Shown: piece by piece, positions 46,409 through 54,160 of the stretch | Numbering within the stretch: position 1 is the first letter of the stretch | Layout of the letters: each line of letters opens with the position of its first letter | Source of the DNA: Chloroflexota bacterium | GTDB taxonomy: Bacteria; Chloroflexota; Dormibacteria; Aeolococcales; Aeolococcaceae | Direction of reading: 5' to 3' | NCBI GenBank assembly: GCA_034666465.1 | Contig: JAXDLT010000416.1 | Span: 1-57,935, forward strand | DNA length: 57,935 bases | Position numbers and translations under genes: made by a program | The notes under the pieces: generated by a model | Database searches by the model: none | Seen by the model: the letters and a program-made list of their open reading frames with translations, nothing else | Told to the model about the DNA's origin: nothing

Positions 46409-48055
46409 CTATGCGCCGATATCCTTGCGCGTGAACCGGAACGCACCCAGGCCCAATGCCAGCGCGCTGACCGCCAGGACGCCCACGACCGAGGTCAGCC
46501 GCAGGCCGTGCACCAGCGGCGTGCCGTAGTAGTAGAACGCCGAGAGCCGCAGCGTCGCACCGGGCCACCTGAGCTCCGGGCCGATGAAGCTGATGAAGAA
46601 CCAGATCAGCAGCACGAGGCTGAGCAGCCCGGTGTCGGCCGCCGTGCGCAGCCAGCCCGACGCCAGGTAGCCGATGGCGGCGGTCAGCAGCCCCAGCGGG
46701 ATCATCCCCAGGGTCGCCGCCGCCAGGTGGCCCGGGTCGAGCGTCAGGCCGGTGGCCGCGGCGGCCCCGGCTGAGGCGGCAAGTGTGGTCACGCCGATGA
46801 TCACGGTCGCCGAGGCGAGCGCGGCGAAGCGACCCAGGAGCACCCGCAGCCGTGACTGCGGCGCTGCCAGGACCAGCTCGAGGCGGCCGTTCTGCTCGTC
46901 CGCGGACCAGCGGGCGACCTGGGTGACGGCGAAGGCCATCAGGAAGAGCGGCAGGAGGCCGAACAGTGCGCTGAGGAAGCCGGCGTCGAGGCTGGCGCCT
47001 CCGCCGCCCAGGTCCCTGATCAGCGTCTGCATGGTCGACCCGGCGAGGAGGCTGCTCAGCCTCGTCTCCATCTGCTGGACGGCGACCACCATCCAGGCGG
47101 CGGAGCCGGCGATGCCCAGGGTCCACCAGACGGCCGGCATCGCGATCATGCCCAGGCTGCGCGTGTAGACCGAGCGCAGCGACCAGTCTCCGACCGGCAG
47201 CGCTCGGATGGAGGTGCGACCGCGCTCCGGCAGCCGCAGCCAGCGCGGCAGCGCCACCGTCCCGCCCACGTCGCGGCGGGCGAAGAGGCGCACCGCCGCC
47301 GCGCTCGAGGCCAGGGCGAGGCCGAGCAGGAGGAGCATCGCGCCGGCGTTGGCGCCGTGGCCGGGGACCAGGGGCTTGCTCAGGTTGTAGTAGTAGACGG
47401 GGGAGATGCGCGAGATCCACTCCGTGTCGGGAATGACGCGATGGACCATGTCCAGGACGATGGCGACCAGCAGCACGCCCGACGTCACGCCCGCCGCGGT
47501 GCTCCGCTCCCGGGTGAACTGCGAGATCAGAAGAGCCAGGCCGCCGAGCACGGCGCAGACCAGGGCGAGGTTCAGCCCGAAGAGGAGCGCGTCGCCGAGG
47601 CCGAAGTCGCCGCCGAACCTCCGGCCGCCCGCGAACGCCAGCAGCGCGATCAGCAGGCCCATGCTCAGCAGCGCGGTCCACATCGCGGCCAGCTTCTCGA
47701 GCACCACCTGCGTCCGCCGCTGCGGAAGCGAGAGCAGCATGTCGAGCGAGCCGCGCTCCTCCTCACCTCGCAGCATGCGGCTGGCGGCGAGGATGGGCCA
47801 GAGCGTGATGAGGAGGATGAAGACGCCGATCTTGAAGGTCGCGTACCCGCCGATGGTGTCGACCGCGACCACGTCGGCGTTCCAGGCGAACGTGTTGGCC
47901 AGGCCGATCAGCTGCTCCCGCGCCTGCGGGGTCGTGAGCAGTGTGCCCACGCTCGCCATCGGCGAGACCACCACCAGGCCCATCCCGATGCCCCAGCCCA
48001 GGATGGCGACGCGGTGGTCGTGGAGGGACTTCAGAAAGACGTTCCTACGCCACAT
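46409..48055 (-). CDS. large ABC-2-type transporter permease (duplicated 6-TM, about 12 TM)
   Basis: 548 aa and strongly hydrophobic throughout. The ATG at 48055 overlaps the ATPase stop by 11 nt. Confidence 0.8.
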   Translation of the reverse strand: MWRRNVFLKSLHDHRVAILGWGIGMGLVVVSPMASVGTLLTTPQAREQLIGLANTFAWNADVVAVDTIGGYATFKIGVFILLITLWPILAASRMLRGEEERGSLDMLLSLPQRRTQVVLEKLAAMWTALLSMGLLIALLAFAGGRRFGGDFGLGDALLFGLNLALVCAVLGGLALLISQFTRERSTAAGVTSGVLLVAIVLDMVHRVIPDTEWISRISPVYYYNLSKPLVPGHGANAGAMLLLLGLALASSAAAVRLFARRDVGGTVALPRWLRLPERGRTSIRALPVGDWSLRSVYTRSLGMIAMPAVWWTLGIAGSAAWMVVAVQQMETRLSSLLAGSTMQTLIRDLGGGGASLDAGFLSALFGLLPLFLMAFAVTQVARWSADEQNGRLELVLAAPQSRLRVLLGRFAALASATVIIGVTTLAASAGAAAATGLTLDPGHLAAATLGMIPLGLLTAAIGYLASGWLRTAADTGLLSLVLLIWFFISFIGPELRWPGATLRLSAFYYYGTPLVHGLRLTSVVGVLAVSALALGLGAFRFTRKDIGA

Positions 48056-48971
48056 CCCGGGCCTCCCTGGCACGCAGGCCGTCGCCCTCGTAGTAGCGCA
48101 GGAAGATGTCCTCCAGGCTCGGCTCGTGACTGCTGAGCGAGACCACCGGGTAGTGGGCCGCCGCCTTGATCACCGCGTCCGGCGCGCCCTGCATCGCGAT
48201 CCTCAGCGCACGGCCGCCGGCCACCTCCTCGATCCCGGCCACGCCGTCCAGGGTCGCGAACGCCGCGGCGGGAACGGCGGCGCCGAACGTGATGGTGATC
48301 TCGTACCGCTTGATGTCCTTGATCTCCGCCATGCCACCGACCCGCACGAGGCGGCCGTCGCGGATGATGCCCACCCGGCTGCAGAGGTGCTCGACCTCGC
48401 CGAGGACGTGGGAGGAGAGGAAGACGGTGCTGCCCCCCTCGCGCGCCTCGTGCACCATCCGGGCGAACTCCTGCTGGATCAGCGGGTCGAGCCCGTTGGT
48501 CGGCTCGTCGAGGATGAGCAGGCGCGGGCGGTGCATGAACGCCTGGACGAGCACCACCTTGCGCCTGTTGCCGGTGGAGTACTGGCGGAACTTCCTCCCG
48601 GTGTCGAGGTCGAGCCGCTCGATCAGCCTCCGGAGATGCGCCTGGTCGACACCGCCGCGCAGGTGGGCGAAGTACTCGAGGATCTGCCCACCGGTCAGGT
48701 CGGGGTCGAGAGCGGATTCGCCCGGTGCGTAGCCGGTCAGGCGTTTCACCTCGAGCGACTGCTCCCAGCAGTCGAGCCCCGCGATCCGCGCGGTGCCGGC
48801 GTCGGCGCGCAGCAGGGCCATGAGCACCCGGATGGTGGTCGTCTTGCCGGCGCCGTTCGGGCCCAGGAAGCCGAAGACCTCGCCCTCCTCCACCCGGAGT
48901 GAGACGCCGTCGATGCCGCGTGTCCCGCCGTAGCTCTTGGTGAGCCCTTCCGCGTCGATGATCGCTGCCAT
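48045..48971 (-). CDS. ABC transporter ATP-binding protein
   Basis: ATG at 48971 after GAGGAGAG. Walker A GPNGAGKTTT, YSTGNRRKV, LILDEPT. Confidence 0.9.
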   Translation of the reverse strand: MAAIIDAEGLTKSYGGTRGIDGVSLRVEEGEVFGFLGPNGAGKTTTIRVLMALLRADAGTARIAGLDCWEQSLEVKRLTGYAPGESALDPDLTGGQILEYFAHLRGGVDQAHLRRLIERLDLDTGRKFRQYSTGNRRKVVLVQAFMHRPRLLILDEPTNGLDPLIQQEFARMVHEAREGGSTVFLSSHVLGEVEHLCSRVGIIRDGRLVRVGGMAEIKDIKRYEITITFGAAVPAAAFATLDGVAGIEEVAGGRALRIAMQGAPDAVIKAAAHYPVVSLSSHEPSLEDIFLRYYEGDGLRAREARDVA

Positions 48972-48985
48972 CGGTGTGTCTCTCC

Positions 48986-49669
48986 TCAGTCGAACCAGAA
49001 CCGCAGGGTGGTCTCGTCCGTGAGGGTGACCGAACCGGCGGAGACCCCCAGGATCCGTTCGAATGCCTCGGTGAAGGCCGCGTGGGTTCGCTGCACGACC
49101 TCGAAGGTGACGGTGCCGGCCCGGCGGCCGATGAGGTGCTCGAGGGCCACCTGCTGGTAGCCCTGGAGGAGGCACACGAGGATCGTCGCCGTCTCGCCGG
49201 GGGAGGCGGCGGTGATCACGCCCTCATCGACACCCTGCATGATGACCGCGGACAGGAGTGGCTGCAGGCGGGTCCCGGACATGCGCCGGACCTTCTCCCG
49301 GACGATCGCGTTGCCGTCCGAGTTCCACACCTCCACGATCGCCAGGGTCAGCTCCCTCTGCTGGGCCTTCCATCGAGCGATGGCGCCGAAGACCCTCTCC
49401 AGCTTCCGCAGCGCGGGCAGGTCCGGGTCGGCCAGGACGGGGGCGACGGCCACCATCGCGCCGTCGGCGAAACGGTCGACCACGGCTTCGAGGAGCGCCT
49501 GCTTGGAGTCGAAGTAGTGGTAGAAGGCTCCCCTGGAGGTGGTGAGCGCGTCCAGGACGTCCTGGATGCTCATCTGCTCGTAGCCCTTGGTCTGGATGAG
49601 GCGCTGGGCGACATCGAGGAACGCCTCCCGGCGCACCCGGTGAGCCGCCACGTCGACCGTTCTCGGCAT
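48986..49669 (-). CDS. TetR/AcrR-family transcriptional regulator
   Basis: N-terminal TetR HTH (REAFLDVAQRLIQTKGYEQMSIQDVLDALTTSRGAFYHYFDSKQAL). Lies 14 nt upstream of the ABC ATPase gene. Confidence 0.9.
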   Translation of the reverse strand: MPRTVDVAAHRVRREAFLDVAQRLIQTKGYEQMSIQDVLDALTTSRGAFYHYFDSKQALLEAVVDRFADGAMVAVAPVLADPDLPALRKLERVFGAIARWKAQQRELTLAIVEVWNSDGNAIVREKVRRMSGTRLQPLLSAVIMQGVDEGVITAASPGETATILVCLLQGYQQVALEHLIGRRAGTVTFEVVQRTHAAFTEAFERILGVSAGSVTLTDETTLRFWFD

Positions 49670-49683
49670 GCGGCTAATAATAA

Positions 49684-49696
49684 ACCGATCGTCGGT
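49684..49696. promoter_or_regulatory. palindrome ACCGA-tcg-TCGGT, candidate TetR operator
   Basis: Seen 15 nt upstream of the TetR start inside an unusually AT-rich stretch (ctaataataaaccgatcgtcggtctatgtataga). Confidence 0.35.
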
Positions 49697-49797
49697 CTAT
49701 GTATAGATCGAACGGCCGGCGACCACGGCCAGTTCGGCATGGTCGACGCTCACCCTGGCCTTCGGACAATGTGAGGAATCACATCTTTGCGCAAACG

Positions 49798-49827
49798 TTG
49801 ACAGCCATGTTCAGGTCCCGTTAAGCT
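49798..49827 (+). promoter_or_regulatory. near-consensus sigma-70-type promoter TTGACA-17/18-TAAGCT facing the biosynthetic cluster
   Basis: TTGACAgccatgttcaggtcccgtTAAGCT read directly. It would give a 5' leader of about 320 nt before the sbnA-like ATG. Confidence 0.35.
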
Positions 49828-50156
49828 GCTGGCCATCAGGAAGGAACGCGCTGAGTGGCGCGCATCAGGGTGATAGAGAGCATGAGTTGTTGCTCCGTCG
49901 GTGTGCTTCTGGTCGGGTTGGCGTGACGAGCGACGCTCCCTGCCGCACCCGGAAAGTCTGCCGTGCCATACACGTGATCGGATTCAGCAGGCTGAAGGCC
50001 CAATCCTCACGTTGTCACAGCGGACGGCACAAACAGACGTCGCAGTGGTGGAATGGGACGACGGGTTGACGAATCGACAAGCGCCAACCCGGAGAGGGTG
50101 GTCGACGGACGTGACAACCAGCCGCGGCCGAGTGCTCTGCTGCAGATGAGGAGGCC

Positions 50157-51158
50157 ATGGTGACAGTCATATCCGCTCCCCAGAGCTTCACCGAGGAGGA
50201 TCTCTACGTCGACCTCCGGGCGATTTTCGGGCACGCGCTCTTCCTGAAATGCGAGGGCTTCAACTTCGCCGGCTCCATCAAGCTGAAGGTCGCGACCGAG
50301 ATGGTGGAGGCCGCCGAGCGGGACGGGGTCCTGATACCGGAGTCGATCCTGGTCGAGTCCTCCTCCGGAAACCTCGGCGTGGCGCTCAGCATGCTCGCCG
50401 CGAGCAAGGGCTACCGTTTCCTGTGTGTGACGGACGCCCGCTGCAACCTGCAGACCAGGCGGCTGATGGAGGCGCTGGGCAGCCAGGTGCACGTCATCGC
50501 CGAGCCGGACGCCGTCGGCGGCCTCCTCGGCGCGCGGCTCGACTTCGTCCGCGCGCTGTGCGCCTCCGACCGTCGGTACGTGTGGCTCGATCAGTACACC
50601 AATCCGGGCAACTGGGAGGCGCACCACCGCAGGACCGCGCCGGCGATCGCTCGCCAGTTCCCGCGACTGGACGTGCTGTTCGTCGGCGCCGGCACCACCG
50701 GGACCCTGATGGGCTGCGCGCGGTACTTCCGGGCGTGGCACCGGCAGGTGCGGATCGTCGCCGTCGACACCGTCGGCTCGGTCACCTTCGGTGGTGCGCC
50801 CAGCCGCCGGATGATTCCCGGCCTGGGTGCGGGCGTCCGCCCGCCGCTGCTCGACGAGTCCTTCGTGGACGAGGTCGTCCTCGTCGAGGAGCAGGACACG
50901 ATCCGCGCCTGCCATCGTCTGGCCCGACGCGGATTCCTCTTCGGCGGCTCCACCGGCACGGTGGTCAGCGGCGCGATGGACTGGTTGGCCGGGCACGACG
51001 CGCGTGAGCTCACCACGGTGGCCATCGCCCCGGACCTCGGCGACCGCTACCTCGACACCGTCTACCAGCCCAGCTGGGTGGAGGGGCTCTACGGCGAGCA
51101 CGTGCTCGGGTCCCAGGAGCTGACCGGCAAGGCGGCGTCCCGCTCCCGGGCAGCCTGA
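50157..51158 (+). CDS. sbnA: SbnA-like PLP-dependent enzyme (cysteine-synthase fold; N-(2-amino-2-carboxyethyl)-L-glutamate synthase, L-Dap pathway)
   Basis: ATG after GAGGAGG. Collinear by eye with S. aureus SbnA as I recall it: LFLKCEGFNFAGSIKLK (PLP Lys), ESSSGNLG, DQYTNPGNWEAH, GAGTTGT, IPGLGAG, FGGSTG, PDLGDRYLDTVY. Confidence 0.8.
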   Translation: MVTVISAPQSFTEEDLYVDLRAIFGHALFLKCEGFNFAGSIKLKVATEMVEAAERDGVLIPESILVESSSGNLGVALSMLAASKGYRFLCVTDARCNLQTRRLMEALGSQVHVIAEPDAVGGLLGARLDFVRALCASDRRYVWLDQYTNPGNWEAHHRRTAPAIARQFPRLDVLFVGAGTTGTLMGCARYFRAWHRQVRIVAVDTVGSVTFGGAPSRRMIPGLGAGVRPPLLDESFVDEVVLVEEQDTIRACHRLARRGFLFGGSTGTVVSGAMDWLAGHDARELTTVAIAPDLGDRYLDTVYQPSWVEGLYGEHVLGSQELTGKAASRSRAA

Positions 51159-51185
51159 CAGGCGCCACCGGTTCGAGGAGTCCAC

Positions 51186-54071
51186 GTGGTGAGAAAGTCT
51201 GTCGAGGCCTCGACCGTCGCTCTGGCTGAACCTCCGACCGACCGGGGTCGGGGCGCCGGCCCGGAGACCGGCCTCAGGAGGATCCTCGCCGATGTGCTGG
51301 CTGACATCGTGCACGAGGTCCTGGCAGGCGATCTGGCCGTACCGGCGACCACTCCCCCGGACACGGACGCCGGTGCGACGACCGCCACCGAGAGGATCCT
51401 CGCCGAGGTGTTCGCCGACATCATGCGCGTCGAGCACGTGCCGGTCGACGGCCACTTCTTCGACGACCTCGGTGCTGACTCCCTGGTGATGGCCCGGTTC
51501 TGCGCGCGGGTCAGGAAGCGGGCGGACCTCCCCTCGGCGTCGATGAAGGACATCTACCGGCACCCGACGATCAGACGTCTGGCCACGGCGCTCGCGGACG
51601 CCGCGCCCGCCCCTGTCGAGAATCCTCTCGAGACGATGCTCGCCGAGGTGTTCTCCGGCATCATGCGCGTCGAGCACGTGTCGGTCGACGGCCACTTCTT
51701 CGACGACCTCGGTGCTGATTCCCTGGTGATGGCCCGATTCTGCGCGCGGGTCAGGAAGCGGGCGGACCTCCCCTCGGTGTCGATGAAGGACGTCTACCGG
51801 CACCCGACGATCAGGCGCCTGGCGACGGCGCTCGCGGGCACCGCGCCCACCCCCGTCAGGTCGCCGATCGCGGCATCGGTCGAGGTGGCGGCACCGGCCG
51901 GCGGGCTGGAGTACGTCCTCTGTGGGACGCTGCAGCTCCTCTCCTTCGTCGGGTATGCGTGCGCCGTCGCACTTGTCCTGAGCCGAGGATACGACTGGAT
52001 CTCCGCCGGGTCGGACCTGATCGGCATCTACCTGCGGGCGGTCGTCTTCGGCGGCGCGACCCTCCTCGGCATGTGCACCGTTCCCATCCTGGCGAAGTGG
52101 ATGCTCATCGGTCGGTGGAAGCCCGGGGAGATCCGCATCTGGAGCCTGGCGTATGTCCGCTTCTGGATCGTCAGGACGCTGATCCGGTCGAACCCGCTGC
52201 TCCTCATGTTCGTCGGGTCGCCGCTCTACGTGCTCTACCTGCGAGCGCTGGGCGCGAAGGTCGGACGAGGCGTCGCGATCTTCTCCAGGACGGTGCCCGT
52301 GTGCACCGACCTGCTCACCATCGGCGACGGCACGGTCATCCGCAAGCAGTCGTTCTTCACCGGCTACCGGGCGCACGCCGGTCGGATCCAGACGGGTGCG
52401 GTCACCATCGGAAGAGACGTGCTCATCGGCGAGAGGACCGTGCTCGACATCAACACGTCACTGGGCGATCGGGCCCAGCTCGGCCATGCCTCCGCTCTGT
52501 ACGCCGGGCAGGCCGTGCCCGAGTGCGAGCGCTGGCACGGGTCGCCGGCGCAGCGGACCGAGGTCGACTACCGCTCGGTCGATCCGGCCCGCTGCGGCAC
52601 CCTGCGCCGGGCCCTCTACAGCGTCAACCAGCTGATGCTGCTGCTCGCTGTCTACATGCCGCTGACCATCGGCGTCGTGGGCGTCCTGTTCGACGGCGTC
52701 CCGCGTCTCAGCCCCCTCCTGAACCCGGGGCCCGAGGATTTCACGAGGTGGGCGTTCTACGGCGACGTCCTGGCCGTCTCCCTCGCGCTTTTCCTCGGCG
52801 CGGTGCTCGTCCGCCTCCTCCTCGTGGTCACGGTTCCTCGCCTGCTCAACCTCGCCATCGAGCCGGGCAAGGTCTATCGCCTGTATGGCTTCCACTACTC
52901 CGTCCACCGGGCGATCGCGCGCATGACCAATCTCAGGTTCTTCCCCTATCTCTTCGGCGACAGCTCCTACATCGTTCACTATCTGCGGTGCCTCGGGTAC
53001 GACCTCTCCCGGGTCGAGCAGACCGGGTCGAACTTCGGCACGGTGGTGGCGCACGACACGCCGTACCTGAGCTCTGTCGGCCGTGGAACGATGATCGCCG
53101 ACGGGCTGTCGATCATCAATGCCGACTTCTCGAGCACGTCCTTCCGCGTGACCCGGGTGTCGATCGGGGCACACAACTTCCTGGGGAACGGCATCGCCTA
53201 TCCGTCGCAGGGCAGGACGGGCGACAACTGCCTCCTCGCGACGAAGGTGATGGTCCCCGTCGACGGGGCGATCCGGGAGGGTGTCGGGCTCCTGGGCTCG
53301 CCCAGCTTCGAGATTCCGCGATCGGTCGCGCGTGACAGCCGGTTACTGAGGGGCGGGGACGAGCTGCGCCGCCGCCTCACCGCCAAGAACCGGTACAACC
53401 TCCGCACCATGGGCCTGGCCCTCCTGGTGCGGTGCATCCACTTCTTCGGGATCGTGCTGCTGACCATGGCGATGGCGGCTTCCCACCCGCGGTTCGGCTG
53501 GGAGGCGGTCGCCATGGAGATGCTCCTCACCCCGCTGTACACCGAAGCCTACTTCGTGCTGATCCAGCGCGGCGCCACGCGGTTCCGGCCTCTGCGTCCA
53601 CAGGAATGCTCGATCTACGACCCCTACTTCTGGTGGCACGAACGCTACTGGAAGCTCGTGATCACCGGTGGCCTGGACCGGGCGTTGAGCGGCACACCGT
53701 TCAAGAACGTCGTCTCACGGCTGCTGGGAGTACGCCTCGGCAGACGGGTCTTCGACGACGGCTGCGACATCCCGGAGAGGACTCTCGCCACCATCGGTGA
53801 CGACTGCACGCTGAACGCGGGGAGCTCGATCCAGTGCCACTCGCAGGAGGACGGAGCCTTCAAGTCCGACCGGACCACGATCGGCACCAGCTGCACCATC
53901 GGGATCGGCGCTCTCGTCCACTACGGCGTGACCATGGGCGACGGCGCGGTGCTCGCCCCCGACTCCTTCCTCATGAAGGGAGAGGAGGTCCCGGCGCACG
54001 CGCGGTGGGGGGGCAACCCTGCCGGGGAGATTCGGGAGGACAGGGATCAGCCGGCGGCCATCAGGTGGTGA
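51186..54071 (+). CDS. Pls/PosA-type membrane homopoly(amino acid) synthetase lacking an A domain: PCP-PCP-[2TM + LbH-like domain]x3
   Basis: GTG start 27 nt after the sbnA-like stop. It has two PCPs (FFDDLGADSLVMARFCARVRK, twice). Three units follow of two TM helices plus a hexapeptide-repeat-like soluble domain (..TIGDGTVIRK.., ..SIGAHNFLGNG.., ..TIGDDCTLNAGSSIQCHSQEDG..GNPAGEI). This matches the C-terminal architecture described for epsilon-poly-lysine synthetase. No AMP-binding motifs are present. Confidence 0.8.
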   Translation: MVRKSVEASTVALAEPPTDRGRGAGPETGLRRILADVLADIVHEVLAGDLAVPATTPPDTDAGATTATERILAEVFADIMRVEHVPVDGHFFDDLGADSLVMARFCARVRKRADLPSASMKDIYRHPTIRRLATALADAAPAPVENPLETMLAEVFSGIMRVEHVSVDGHFFDDLGADSLVMARFCARVRKRADLPSVSMKDVYRHPTIRRLATALAGTAPTPVRSPIAASVEVAAPAGGLEYVLCGTLQLLSFVGYACAVALVLSRGYDWISAGSDLIGIYLRAVVFGGATLLGMCTVPILAKWMLIGRWKPGEIRIWSLAYVRFWIVRTLIRSNPLLLMFVGSPLYVLYLRALGAKVGRGVAIFSRTVPVCTDLLTIGDGTVIRKQSFFTGYRAHAGRIQTGAVTIGRDVLIGERTVLDINTSLGDRAQLGHASALYAGQAVPECERWHGSPAQRTEVDYRSVDPARCGTLRRALYSVNQLMLLLAVYMPLTIGVVGVLFDGVPRLSPLLNPGPEDFTRWAFYGDVLAVSLALFLGAVLVRLLLVVTVPRLLNLAIEPGKVYRLYGFHYSVHRAIARMTNLRFFPYLFGDSSYIVHYLRCLGYDLSRVEQTGSNFGTVVAHDTPYLSSVGRGTMIADGLSIINADFSSTSFRVTRVSIGAHNFLGNGIAYPSQGRTGDNCLLATKVMVPVDGAIREGVGLLGSPSFEIPRSVARDSRLLRGGDELRRRLTAKNRYNLRTMGLALLVRCIHFFGIVLLTMAMAASHPRFGWEAVAMEMLLTPLYTEAYFVLIQRGATRFRPLRPQECSIYDPYFWWHERYWKLVITGGLDRALSGTPFKNVVSRLLGVRLGRRVFDDGCDIPERTLATIGDDCTLNAGSSIQCHSQEDGAFKSDRTTIGTSCTIGIGALVHYGVTMGDGAVLAPDSFLMKGEEVPAHARWGGNPAGEIREDRDQPAAIRW
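51399..51878 (+). repeat. tandem direct duplication, 2 x 240 bp, encoding the two PCP domains (plus a about 45-nt partial third copy at 51279..51325)
   Basis: Offset is exactly 240 nt. I counted 13 mismatches and no indels across 51401-51610 versus 51641-51850. Confidence 0.9.
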
Positions 54072-54160
54072 GCGGTCTGTCGCGATCGTCATGGCCACCG
54101 CGGCGCCGGCCCGGACAGCGCGAACAGCACCGTGGCAGCGGTGAGTGGAAGGAGGAATCG

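Noticed and set aside
49882-49926. 14-codon uORF (MSCCSVGVLLVGLA) in the leader of the sbnA-like gene, considered as a Cys-responsive attenuator peptide.
   Set aside because: It is too short, has only a weak SD-like GAGAG, and I could not convince myself by eye of a terminator/antiterminator pair. It is mentioned under the leader finding only.
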